Shown here in pieces: positions 9,103 to 18,606 of a stretch of 64,000 bases of DNA (position 1 is the stretch's first letter; every line of letters begins with the position of its first letter). The translations under genes were made by a program, and so were the position numbers. The stretch is from assembly GCA_963848135.1 (NCBI GenBank), contig CAWKCK010000018.1:262938-326937 (forward strand). The letters run 5' to 3'. The DNA is from an uncultured delta proteobacterium (GTDB lineage Bacteria > Desulfobacterota > Desulfobacteria > Desulfobacterales > SG8-13). Below the pieces are notes generated by a model. That model did not search any database. It was not told where the DNA came from and saw only the letters and a list, made by a program, of their open reading frames with translations.

Positions 9103-10935
9103 TTATTTTGTATTACAAAAATGCTTCTGTAATTTAAGCCATAATTCAATTGTTATAAGAATGCTCAATATTCTTGAATTATTCATGCCGTTTAAGTGAT
9201 TTTGCCATATGTGTGCAATTTCAGTCGGTATGAAATATTCATGGCAAAGTGCATTCTTGGCAAGTATTAATTCTTCAGTCCAGTCTTTCCATTCTTGTCG
9301 AAACCAGCTCGGATAGTTTGTATATTTATCGAATTTCGAATCTTTTTTATTCCAGGGTAAAAATTTTTGTAAATAATAAAAATTAGGTGACTCAAGAGTT
9401 AAAGGTTTCATCGTTGCGTCATGAGGAATTTTCATTAAAACGTGGGAATTTTTCGCAATCAAATACCTATGGAATCGAGAGCCAATTTTCCATTCATGCG
9501 GTAGTTTTGAAGCTGTCGATACAAAATCAATATCCATAAATGGCCATCTAGACTCGATGTGATTCCATGTATAAAGCTGTCCGTTTATGATAAAACGTCG
9601 AACCCTCTGCTCTAAATAAAATCGGTCGAGTTGATCAAAGATATCACTCCACCAACCATAGCTTCGAATAATTTCAAGAATGGTGTCGTAATCTTTCCCG
9701 GCAGTATCTTTCAGAATTTCAGGTCTAAGAAGTCTTGTTTTTTGTGTTTTGGATAATGCCCCGTATGTCATTCTAATATGAAGTAGTTTTGCTAAAAAAT
9801 CATATTGGGCGTTTTTATTTATTTCAAAAATCCTTTTCCCTACAATAGCGAATTGACCGAAATTATAGAAAAAAGCTCTCACAAACTCACCGCCAAGCCC
9901 TCCTATCATGATTTTACCACTCAAATCACCAATTTGCTGGTGATAACTGTGGCTGTGGGTATGTCTAAGGCTTTCGTGCCCACTTGTTAACCAAACTAAA
10001 TGTTTAGCCCTTTCCGGCATCCAATTCGTATCTATGTTATATTCTAAGTGCTTTACCCCAAGATTTTCAGCAATGTCTCTCGCTATAATTCGATTCGCAC
10101 TATTCGGTGAACCATGTGTAATTGTTTGGGTACGAGTATAATCAGCGGCAGAAATCAGAGCGCGAGTGTCAAGACCACCAGAAAGGGTAATAAGTACACC
10201 CTCTGGTGCATTTGAATAGCATTTTTTTACAGCATTGTTGAAGGCATAACGAGACGATTCTAATAAATCGGTTTCATTTGTAATTTTAGCACTTTCCTCA
10301 TTTATGTCTTCCCACTTCCAATATCTTTCTATTTTGTAATCACCCGCTCCAGAAGCAAGCAAATACGATCTTGGCGGTATAAGTTTGATTTTAGGGTGCC
10401 ATGTTCTTTCTTGTAGGATGTATTCATAAGACAAGAATTGTGAAAGTGCTGTTAAATCAAGGCTCTCATCGAGGCTGTTAACCGCTATCAAAGCACCCGT
10501 CTCATAGGCAAAGCTCAAAGTCGAACCATCATTGCACCAATAGTGGGGCCTAAGCCCAAAATGATCGGTCGCCAGAAAAAGCAGTTTTTCTCTTTTATCC
10601 CATAGGAAAAGGAAAAATTGACCATTTATATAGCGTAGAAAACTTATGCCATGCTTTCTATATTTGTTTGCAATCTGAATAGCGTGAATATTGTTATTAT
10701 CAGATGATGCAATCCATCCACTGATACTGACAACTATTTCTTTCGATTCATAACAATATTCGGATATATTGAAGTTCTCGTTTCCTTTCCACCCTATTAA
10801 TAATTTTTTATCATCGTCATGATAATGCCACTCATTTTTTGAACCATCACCAGCACATAATGAGTTATTGAAAACCTTCAATGTTTTTTCAATTGGTATA
10901 ATGTCCTTACTGATTAAACCGAATAGTCCAGGCAT
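9103..10935 (-). CDS. Asparagine synthase-related (AsnB-like) amidotransferase lacking the N-terminal catalytic Cys
   Basis: MPGLFG start, NGQF...ATDHFGLRP (GATase-II-like), LSGGLDTR PP-loop, GGEFVR, RWPFMD; GAGGG RBS. Confidence 0.85.
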   Translation of the reverse strand: MPGLFGLISKDIIPIEKTLKVFNNSLCAGDGSKNEWHYHDDDKKLLIGWKGNENFNISEYCYESKEIVVSISGWIASSDNNNIHAIQIANKYRKHGISFLRYINGQFFLFLWDKREKLLFLATDHFGLRPHYWCNDGSTLSFAYETGALIAVNSLDESLDLTALSQFLSYEYILQERTWHPKIKLIPPRSYLLASGAGDYKIERYWKWEDINEESAKITNETDLLESSRYAFNNAVKKCYSNAPEGVLITLSGGLDTRALISAADYTRTQTITHGSPNSANRIIARDIAENLGVKHLEYNIDTNWMPERAKHLVWLTSGHESLRHTHSHSYHQQIGDLSGKIMIGGLGGEFVRAFFYNFGQFAIVGKRIFEINKNAQYDFLAKLLHIRMTYGALSKTQKTRLLRPEILKDTAGKDYDTILEIIRSYGWWSDIFDQLDRFYLEQRVRRFIINGQLYTWNHIESRWPFMDIDFVSTASKLPHEWKIGSRFHRYLIAKNSHVLMKIPHDATMKPLTLESPNFYYLQKFLPWNKKDSKFDKYTNYPSWFRQEWKDWTEELILAKNALCHEYFIPTEIAHIWQNHLNGMNNSRILSILITIELWLKLQKHFCNTK

Positions 10936-11454
10936 GTTTCTTCCCTCTCAAACAATACATCAAACGAATGGTATTGTTAGGCTTCTTTGGAATTATTATT
11001 AAGTGTACATTAGATTTCCTATTCATACATATACAAAAATGAATCTCGCTGCAGCAAGCTACAGGGAATAGTCAAGTTTAAATGAATCCCGACTTTGACT
11101 TGACGGACGATCAATTAAACAAATACCGCCTGTATGTTTTTACATACACACAGAAAGGTATAATGTTTCAATCACTTATCAAATAATGGGATAACAATAA
11201 ACTGCGTTTGTATGGTATTTCTTTCACTGTGAACTACGGAAAATGATAACGTTGTATTGTTAAAGGGAGCGAAATCAAACAAATGCAATTGAGAATAAAA
11301 TTTAAATTCGCAACTATCAATATCATAAACACCAAAGGTTATTGCAATTTAATACACGGTTAAGGCACGAAGTTTAATGAATGAAGCCTTGGTATATGTC
11401 GCATTTATTGATATCATAGGAATTAAGCGACGATTAATTCAAATTATCCTAAAT

Positions 11455-11471
11455 TCGGCATTTTTTTTGCA
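11455..11471 (+). promoter_or_regulatory. Putative sigma-54 (-24/-12) promoter for the 11651 gene
   Basis: TCGGCATTTTTTTTGCA: GG at 11457-58 and GC at 11469-70 with exact GG-N10-GC spacing, matching YTGGCAC-N5-TTGCW. Confidence 0.6.
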
Positions 11472-11650
11472 TGCCAACAGTAGTCTAAATGCCGATAAAC
11501 CAATTGTTGAATTAGGAGTTTATGCAGTTCAAATATTGTTGCCCTGAAATAATCTATCAAAATAAAGTTAGTTTCGTTTTCTAATCTTGGCGCCATTCCA
11601 TCTGGTGATATAAAATCTTAAATTCATGAGATAATTTAAGGAGGAAATAT

Positions 11651-12961
11651 ATGCAGTTCAAAACAATTTTTATTTTTTTGATTTTAGTATTAACGTGGTC
11701 GAATACGGCCGTTGCAGCAGTGTTTACTGTCAGCAAGAGTGGCGGGGATTATTCTTCAATACAGGCCTGCGCAAATTCTGCAAGCAGCGGAGATATATGT
11801 TTGGTTAAACCTGGCACCTATAGTGAAGATGTTGATGTATCAAGAAGTGGAATAATCTTTAAAGCGGAAAACGCTCCAAACAGTGCCGCCCCGTCTATTC
11901 TTGACGGAGGATCGAAAAAACAATATGCATTTAGTATAAAAAGTTCAAACGTCCAAGTCATAGGTTTTATGATCAAGAATTACCATCCAACAACATCAAG
12001 ATCTGGAGTAGTTTATTTTTCAGGAACTGCATCTAATGGGGGACAGGCAAAATACAACTATTTTACATCAAATACAATAGATACAGCGGATACTGGAGCA
12101 ATATCAGCCAAATCAGCAGATAATGTTATCATCCGGGGAAATATATTCAGCGGTAATCGCGGCCTAAATTCATCTTCGCAGTCTCTTATATATGGTTGTT
12201 ATGGATCAGATAATGTCTTGATCGAACTGAATAAATGCTTGGATATTACATCTAATAATGCAAGATTCATATATTGGACTACAAACAGTAATAACGCGAT
12301 CATTCAGTATAATTATACAAAGTCCTATTCGCGCTTACGAATGTCAAAAAATCACCAGGTCCTAAATAACATTTTCGATAATAGCGAGGTAGGTCTTGAA
12401 CTTCACGATCAATGCGGTGTCACAACGTGCCCAAATAAACCATCATGGTCAAAGGACAATTGCGAGGACTATGATTCCTCCAGAGGTGGTTGTGTTGAAG
12501 ATTCAGATGAAAATCATGTCGTCAAGAATAACACCTTCTACAAAGGTGGTCGCCAAATTCGCCCGATAAGAATGGATAATGTCGAAATATCAAATAATTT
12601 ATTTATAGACCCTAATATATATGCAATCGATAGAGAATGGGGCGGTTGTACTACAACTGACATAAGAATATCTGGTAATTTAAAGGATAACGTTGGCAAA
12701 TGGCACAACCTAAGTTCTTCCGAATATTCAGAGTCAGGAACGGAAACATGCAATTCAAACTACAATAAGGAAACTGGATTACATACTTGTGACCAATCAA
12801 GATACGGAGCAAACTTAAGAATAGATCATTGGCCATTTACCGATAAGGATGGACGAGCATTAAGTTCTGATTATCCATACAGTGGAAGCTTTCAGTATAT
12901 TAGTTTGCCTCAAGATGGTATAGCGCCACCATCAGGCTTGAAGATCTTAAAGGATAATTAA
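11651..12961 (+). CDS. Secreted right-handed parallel beta-helix protein (pectin-lyase-like fold)
   Basis: AGGAGG RBS; signal peptide ending AVA-A; YSSIQACAN...GDICLVKPGTYSE start typical of beta-helix proteins; Asn-ladder repeats (NVIIRGNIF, NVLIELN, NHQVLNNIF, NHVVKNNTF). Confidence 0.8.
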   Translation: MQFKTIFIFLILVLTWSNTAVAAVFTVSKSGGDYSSIQACANSASSGDICLVKPGTYSEDVDVSRSGIIFKAENAPNSAAPSILDGGSKKQYAFSIKSSNVQVIGFMIKNYHPTTSRSGVVYFSGTASNGGQAKYNYFTSNTIDTADTGAISAKSADNVIIRGNIFSGNRGLNSSSQSLIYGCYGSDNVLIELNKCLDITSNNARFIYWTTNSNNAIIQYNYTKSYSRLRMSKNHQVLNNIFDNSEVGLELHDQCGVTTCPNKPSWSKDNCEDYDSSRGGCVEDSDENHVVKNNTFYKGGRQIRPIRMDNVEISNNLFIDPNIYAIDREWGGCTTTDIRISGNLKDNVGKWHNLSSSEYSESGTETCNSNYNKETGLHTCDQSRYGANLRIDHWPFTDKDGRALSSDYPYSGSFQYISLPQDGIAPPSGLKILKDN

Positions 12962-13064
12962 AGTGGAATAGTTTCGATTTAATCTGACACCGCACTTGAA
13001 AAAGTGAGGGTTACCGGTTTTGATGAAGGTGCTAACCGTAAACATCAAAACATAGGAGGTAACC

Positions 13065-14391
13065 GGGAGTGTTCAATATTCTGTGTCAGCCTGTTTTTTG
13101 ATTAGCTATCATATCAGAGCCTTAATTCTTTATCCAGCCTCCCTTCAAAAAATATCGCTAACTGAGATATGGTCAAAGACCAGTTTTGAACCGGCATCGT
13201 CCATTTTTTACTGGCATTCTGAATACCCATATAGAGCAGTTTAAGCAGGCTGTCCTGGTTTGGGAAAGCCCCTTTGGTCTTGGTTAATTTTCGGAATTGC
13301 CGGTGAACCGCCTCAATGGTGTTGGTCGTGTAAATGATCCTTCGAATATCATCCGGATACTTGAAAAATTGACTGAGCCGTTCCCAGTTGTTTCGCCAGG
13401 ATTTGATGACAATTGGATATTTGTTGTTCCACTTGTCTTCAAGCCTGTCTAACTCAGACTCGGCCAAAGCCTTGTTAGTGGCCTTGTATACCCGCTTGAG
13501 ATCGACCATGAATTCTTTTTGATTCTTTGAACCAACATATTTCAAGGTGTTTCGAATTTGATGCACAACACAAAGTTGGACTTCCGTTTGGGGAAAGATT
13601 GTTTCGATGGCTTCCGGAAATCCCTTAAGGCCATCGATACAGGCGATCAGGATATCGTTAACACCTCGGTTGGATAGATCGGTCAGAACCTGCAACCAGA
13701 AGTTGGCCCCTTCGTTCTCTGAAATATAAAGCCCAAGGACTTCTTTGCGGCCTTCAATATTGACACCAAGGATCGTGTAAACAGCTTTGCTGAGAACCTT
13801 GCCGTCCTCACGAATTTTGTAGTGAATGGCATCCAGCCAGACAATGGGATAAATCGATTCCAATGCCCGGGCCTGCCACTCTTTTACTGTATGGATGATT
13901 TTATCGGTAATCGCCGTCAGGGTGCCCGTTGAGACCTCAATGCCATAGATATCCTCAAGATGGGCGGATATGTCTTTATAGCTCATCCCTAAGCCGTACA
14001 GGGCCAGGATTTTTTCTTCAATCTCATCACTGAGGGTAGTTTGGTGCTTTTTAATCAGCTTGGGTGAAAATGTACCGGCGCGATCGCGCGGTGTGTCGAG
14101 TTCAAAAGAACCATTGAGCGTTTTGATCGTCTTTTTGCTCTTGCCATTCCTGCGGTTGGCAGCTATCTCCTGGCCGAGGTGGGAGTCTAACTCCCCTTCA
14201 AGGGCTGCTTCCGTCAGATCCTTTATCAGTGGGGTGAGAACCCCGTCTTTACCGGTGAGGGGCTTGCCGGATTGGATGGCTTTGAGGGCTTTCTGAAAAT
14301 CAAATTCGCTGTCGTCCTTTGCCATGTCAGTCTCCTTTTAGCTTTATATATCAGCTTTTTATTTGACTGACACAAAATTATGAACACCCTC
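13065..14391 (-). mobile_element. IS256-family insertion sequence, complete
   Basis: Imperfect 25-bp terminal inverted repeats GGGAGTGTTCAATATTCTGTGTCAG / CTGACACAAAATTATGAACACCCTC; flanking direct repeat ATAGGAGGTAACC at 13052-13064 and 14392-14404. Confidence 0.93.
13114..14325 (-). CDS. IS256-family (Mutator-type) transposase
   Basis: NRRNG, PRDR, WLDAI, DGLKGF, QLCVVHQIRN, IYTTNTIE motifs; AGGAG RBS. Confidence 0.97.
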   Translation of the reverse strand: MAKDDSEFDFQKALKAIQSGKPLTGKDGVLTPLIKDLTEAALEGELDSHLGQEIAANRRNGKSKKTIKTLNGSFELDTPRDRAGTFSPKLIKKHQTTLSDEIEEKILALYGLGMSYKDISAHLEDIYGIEVSTGTLTAITDKIIHTVKEWQARALESIYPIVWLDAIHYKIREDGKVLSKAVYTILGVNIEGRKEVLGLYISENEGANFWLQVLTDLSNRGVNDILIACIDGLKGFPEAIETIFPQTEVQLCVVHQIRNTLKYVGSKNQKEFMVDLKRVYKATNKALAESELDRLEDKWNNKYPIVIKSWRNNWERLSQFFKYPDDIRRIIYTTNTIEAVHRQFRKLTKTKGAFPNQDSLLKLLYMGIQNASKKWTMPVQNWSLTISQLAIFFEGRLDKELRL

Positions 14392-14588
14392 ATAGGAGGT
14401 AACCCTCATGCTAAATGGCAATATTTTCTATCACCCGGGTTGGTCGTGAACGAATAGATTCGCTATCCAACGCCTATCTTATCTAAAGCGATGTCCGATT
14501 AGTATTTAGCTTTCTTCATAACCAGCAATTTTATTCCAAGTGAATATTATTCAATAACGTCGCAGTCATAGGTGTTTCCAATTGGTAT

Positions 14589-15680
14589 TATTAACCCGGC
14601 GATTTTAAGTGTTAAAAAGGAGTAAGTATGCTATGCTCCCGTGCATGGAAAAAACAGATGCACGTAGATTGAAACCTGAAGTACAACAGCAACTGAGAGA
14701 TCAGGCATCGCGCCTTTTCAAAAAGGGCTGGAAGAACAAAGATATTGCGGTAGCCCTTGGTGTTAGTTATGTCACGGTAAGTCGTTGGCGTACGGTATAT
14801 AAGCAAAATGGCAGCAAGGGGCTCAAAATAACAAAACGAGGCCGAAAGATAGGCATGCTTCGAACCTTGAGCCCTGAGCAAGAAAAAGAACTCAGAAATT
14901 CAATAAAGGATAAATGTCCTGACCAATTGAAATTACCGTTTGCTTTGTGGACCCGTGGGGCTGTTCAACAATTGATTTTTCAATTGTGGTCAATTCAAAT
15001 GCCAATCCGGACAGTCGGAGAATACCTCAGTCGCTGGAAATTTACACCACAGAAGCCTTTGCGAAAAGCGTACGAGCAAAATCCCAAAGCTGTGAAAAAA
15101 TGGCTTGATGAGGATTACCCTGAAATTGCTGCGAATGCGAAAAAGGAAAGAGCCGAGATTCATTGGGGAGATGAAACCGGGCTTTCGAACAACTGCCAGC
15201 ATGGACGAAGCTATTCGCCTAAGGGAAAGACACCGGCAATAAGACTTCCAGCTAAAAAAGAGCGGATCAATCTTATTTCCTCGGTTACCAATCAGGGCAA
15301 GACACGCTTTATGATTTACGATGGCACCATGAACTCGGATACTCTGATTAAGTTCCTTAAACGGCTGATAAAGGATGCTGGTAGGAAGATATATTTGATT
15401 ATGGATAATCTCAGAGTTCATCATAGTAAGCCCGTAAAAAAGTGGGTCAAGGAGCATAAGGATCAAATAGAGCTGTTTTTCCTGCCGTCATATTCACCGG
15501 AATTGAACCCGGATGAATATTTGAACTGCGATTTGAAAGATGGAGTTCACTCAAAAGTACCATCCCGAACCAAGATCGATTTAAAAGAAAAAAACTGTGT
15601 CGCATCTACGTAAGATCCAAAAGATGCCAGGACGAGTGAGAAAGTACTTCAAACATCCGAAAATCGCTTATGCAGTATTA
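14589..15680 (+). mobile_element. IS630-family element; transposase frameshifted near the C-terminus, right end not found
   Basis: Left end TA-TTAACCCGGC. Transposase (ATG probably 14645) with HTH, WGDETG, IMDNLRVHH and LPSYSPELNPDE. A7 run at 15588-15594 moves the tail SHLRKIQKMPGRVRKYFKHPKIAYA into the +1 frame. No GCCGGGTTAA right repeat downstream. Confidence 0.9.
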
Positions 15681-15826
15681 ATTGCCCTTTTATTGACGAT
15701 CTTTATTTATAGACAATCCAACTATAAGGAAATTTTGGGCCCACCTCCAGAGTGTGATAAAAATTGTTCCCAATTGTGTGAGTTTTACTCTTATTCCTTT
15801 ACCTTTGCATCCAAATTTTCTTGACC

Positions 15827-17080
15827 CTAAATGTGACTCTCAAATATTTCAATTAGCTCTTTGATAGTGTTTTTTATATCGTACATTTTTTCTACTGTTG
15901 CCCTTCCATTTATACCCATATTCTCTCTACTTTGTTTGGAAAGCGATAGTTTCATAATGGCATCAGATAACGCCATGCTATCTTTTTCTGGCACAAGATA
16001 ACCATTCAATCCATCTTGAACCAATTCATCAATCGCAGGTAGTTTTGTTGTAATAACGGGTATTTCCAGAGCCATTGCTTCTGCTAATACATTTGGTATT
16101 CCACGGTGCGGATAACCGTTCTTCGGATTTCCAACCATAGCTAAGATAAAGAGGTGCGAATTTTCATAATGTTTTATAATTTCATCGTGGCTAAGCGCAC
16201 CAGTTAGCGTAATAATTTTTTCTAATTTATCCTTCTCAATCAGTTGTTCAAGTCGTTTTTTACGTGGACCGTCTCCAACAATAACACAATTAACATTTAT
16301 ATTTTTTTCTTCTTTTAGATATTTAACAGCTTCTATTAAGTATTCGAACCCCTTTGACTCTGATAGTCTACCGACAGATATTAAATTGAGCGATTTGGGG
16401 GGCGGTTTGTTTTTTCTTTTAAATTTATTAAGATCCTTCCCATGGTAGTTTACAAATATTTTTTCTTCACCATTTAAGTGAAATGTTTCCTCCAAATATT
16501 TTTTATTGTATTTTGTGCACGTTACAATAAATTTAGCCTTTCTTATTTTCTCTCCAAGCATTGTTGTTTGATCGAAAATGTCAATTGCATGGCATGTCAC
16601 ACTAAACTTGATGTCAATTAATTCGGAAATAATTATTGCGGCTGTTGCAGGCATTGTTGCCCAATGCGCATGAATGTGGCCAACCCCTTTTTTTTTCATT
16701 TCGTACGCATAATGAACTATTTTTGGGAGAGATATCATTAATTTCGTAAGATTTCTAATATCTCTACTGTATTGACAAATTACATAATTAATTACACGAA
16801 GATATTTTATAGGTGCATTCTTAGCAAAGTATAACTGAGCGTAAAACCCTTTCATTGAGAAAATAAAGGGTGCATAGTAAATATGTTTTATTAAAGATTT
16901 TAACCCTGGGTGTTGTATATTCATTTTGGGTTTTTTTAAAGAAAATATTAATATTTCATAGCTCTTCTTTTTTATTTGGGACAATTCTTCTGTAACCCAT
17001 GGTTGAAATACCGAAGGAAACCTTGACAAGATATATCCGATTTTCATATTCTTTCTTTCGTTCTTTACCTTTTTATTCAT
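15827..17080 (-). CDS. Glycosyltransferase family 4 (WcaL-like)
   Basis: HIHAHWA, SVGRLSESKG, GIPNVLAEAMA. Start may be 17047. Confidence 0.93.
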   Translation of the reverse strand: MNKKVKNERKNMKIGYILSRFPSVFQPWVTEELSQIKKKSYEILIFSLKKPKMNIQHPGLKSLIKHIYYAPFIFSMKGFYAQLYFAKNAPIKYLRVINYVICQYSRDIRNLTKLMISLPKIVHYAYEMKKKGVGHIHAHWATMPATAAIIISELIDIKFSVTCHAIDIFDQTTMLGEKIRKAKFIVTCTKYNKKYLEETFHLNGEEKIFVNYHGKDLNKFKRKNKPPPKSLNLISVGRLSESKGFEYLIEAVKYLKEEKNINVNCVIVGDGPRKKRLEQLIEKDKLEKIITLTGALSHDEIIKHYENSHLFILAMVGNPKNGYPHRGIPNVLAEAMALEIPVITTKLPAIDELVQDGLNGYLVPEKDSMALSDAIMKLSLSKQSRENMGINGRATVEKMYDIKNTIKELIEIFESHI

Positions 17081-17089
17081 ACATTAAAA

Positions 17090-18253
17090 TTAGCAGAGAT
17101 TTGGTTTTGTGTTTTTTTCATATAAATGTTTGTATAAATTTTCTGTCTCTTTTATAAATCTTGTCAAGGTGAATTTCTTGTTAAATCTATTTTTTCCACT
17201 TTTCCCCATTTTCCGCCGCAGCGTTTCGTTATTTATTAAACATACTATAGCCTCTGCCATTTCATCGGCAGCGTTACCAGGCACTAATATGCCGGTTTCC
17301 TGATTTATAACTGCTTCGGCATTACCACCAACTGTAGTTGCTACCACGGGTTTACTCGCAGCCATAGCCTCTAATACAACCATTGGCAAGCCTTCCCAAT
17401 GGGAACTTAGGCAAACAATATCAAAAACTTGAATTAGTTTATGAGTATCGCTTCTTACACCCGTAAATACCACCTTGTCGGTCAGATCTAGTTTATATGC
17501 TAATTTTTTTATTTCATTTAGCCTAGGTCCTCCACCAACAATAATTGTTTTAGTCATATAATTTTTCTTATCTACTTTGCTCATAGCATCTAATAATACT
17601 TCATGACCTTTTTGTTCTGTCAGGCTGGCAATAATGCCGATCAATATTTCTCCGTCTTTGGCTTTGAATTCATTTTTGTACTTTCTCTTACTTGCTTCAT
17701 CGATCTCTCTTATTTCGTCAACACCATTGTATATTGTGGTGTGTCTATACTTACTGAATATTTTCAATTTTTGATGTGAAATTTTCACGCTATTTGAAAC
17801 AGTAATTATTTTCTTATGAAAGATCCCTAAAATATCTCTAAGTATTACTCTTGCAAAATTTGATACCCCGTTTTTGTTCTCAATGTTGTGTTCTGTTCTA
17901 ATGATTATCTTTGTACCGCAAAATTTGCCAGCCAGCGTCGCATAATAGTTAGCTGTAAAACCATGAATATGTATTATATCTATTCGTTCATCTTTCAGTA
18001 TCTTTATAAGTCGCTTTAATGCTATCAGATCAAGAATACCCTTTTTTTTCAAAACAAAATATTTAATTTTGTTATTCTTTAATTCTTTTTCGAAAATACC
18101 CCCATCCTTAATGGCGCAAACTTGTATGTTAAATTCATTCTTATTAATTTTTTTTGCATAATTTAAAACAATCCTCTCTGCTCCTCCTGCTGTTAAACTA
18201 TAAACAACATGCAAAACATTTATTTTATCATTTCTTTTGAGCATATTCTTCAT
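17090..18253 (-). CDS. Glycosyltransferase family 4
   Basis: GGAER, IYNGV, EGLPMVVLEAMA, VGGNAE. Confidence 0.94.
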   Translation of the reverse strand: MKNMLKRNDKINVLHVVYSLTAGGAERIVLNYAKKINKNEFNIQVCAIKDGGIFEKELKNNKIKYFVLKKKGILDLIALKRLIKILKDERIDIIHIHGFTANYYATLAGKFCGTKIIIRTEHNIENKNGVSNFARVILRDILGIFHKKIITVSNSVKISHQKLKIFSKYRHTTIYNGVDEIREIDEASKRKYKNEFKAKDGEILIGIIASLTEQKGHEVLLDAMSKVDKKNYMTKTIIVGGGPRLNEIKKLAYKLDLTDKVVFTGVRSDTHKLIQVFDIVCLSSHWEGLPMVVLEAMAASKPVVATTVGGNAEAVINQETGILVPGNAADEMAEAIVCLINNETLRRKMGKSGKNRFNKKFTLTRFIKETENLYKHLYEKNTKPNLC

Positions 18254-18606
18254 ACTATTGTTTAATATCAGGTTTTTGAAATATTATTGATATATCCCAG
18301 CACCATGTTACGACTGATCTAACAATAAGGACAGCGTCATTTTTATCGAAGCGAGGCTCAGAGAATTAGGTCCAGATGGCATAAATCAGATGTAATATCA
18401 TAGACCAGGGAAATCATATTACCCGCTCAGGCCAGAAACGACATTTGGATGAACTTTATAGTTTCCCATATCTCAATGCTTCAATAAGATTATGTAATTT
18501 ACTAAATCAAGTGCTCACCACGTAAATGAATTGCAAATGAAAATGTGCATATCAAAAATAGCTAAGTATATGTTGAGAGGATTTTCTACACAATTAATAT
18601 CTTTAT

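Noticed and set aside
11041..11105. Short hairpin CTGCAGC-AA-GCTACAG, possibly an IS200/IS605-type end relic
   Set aside because: Too short and imperfect to call without a database search.
15586..15596. Programmed -1 frameshift at A AAA AAC in IS630
   Set aside because: The downstream tail is in the +1 frame, so a -1 slip would not restore it.
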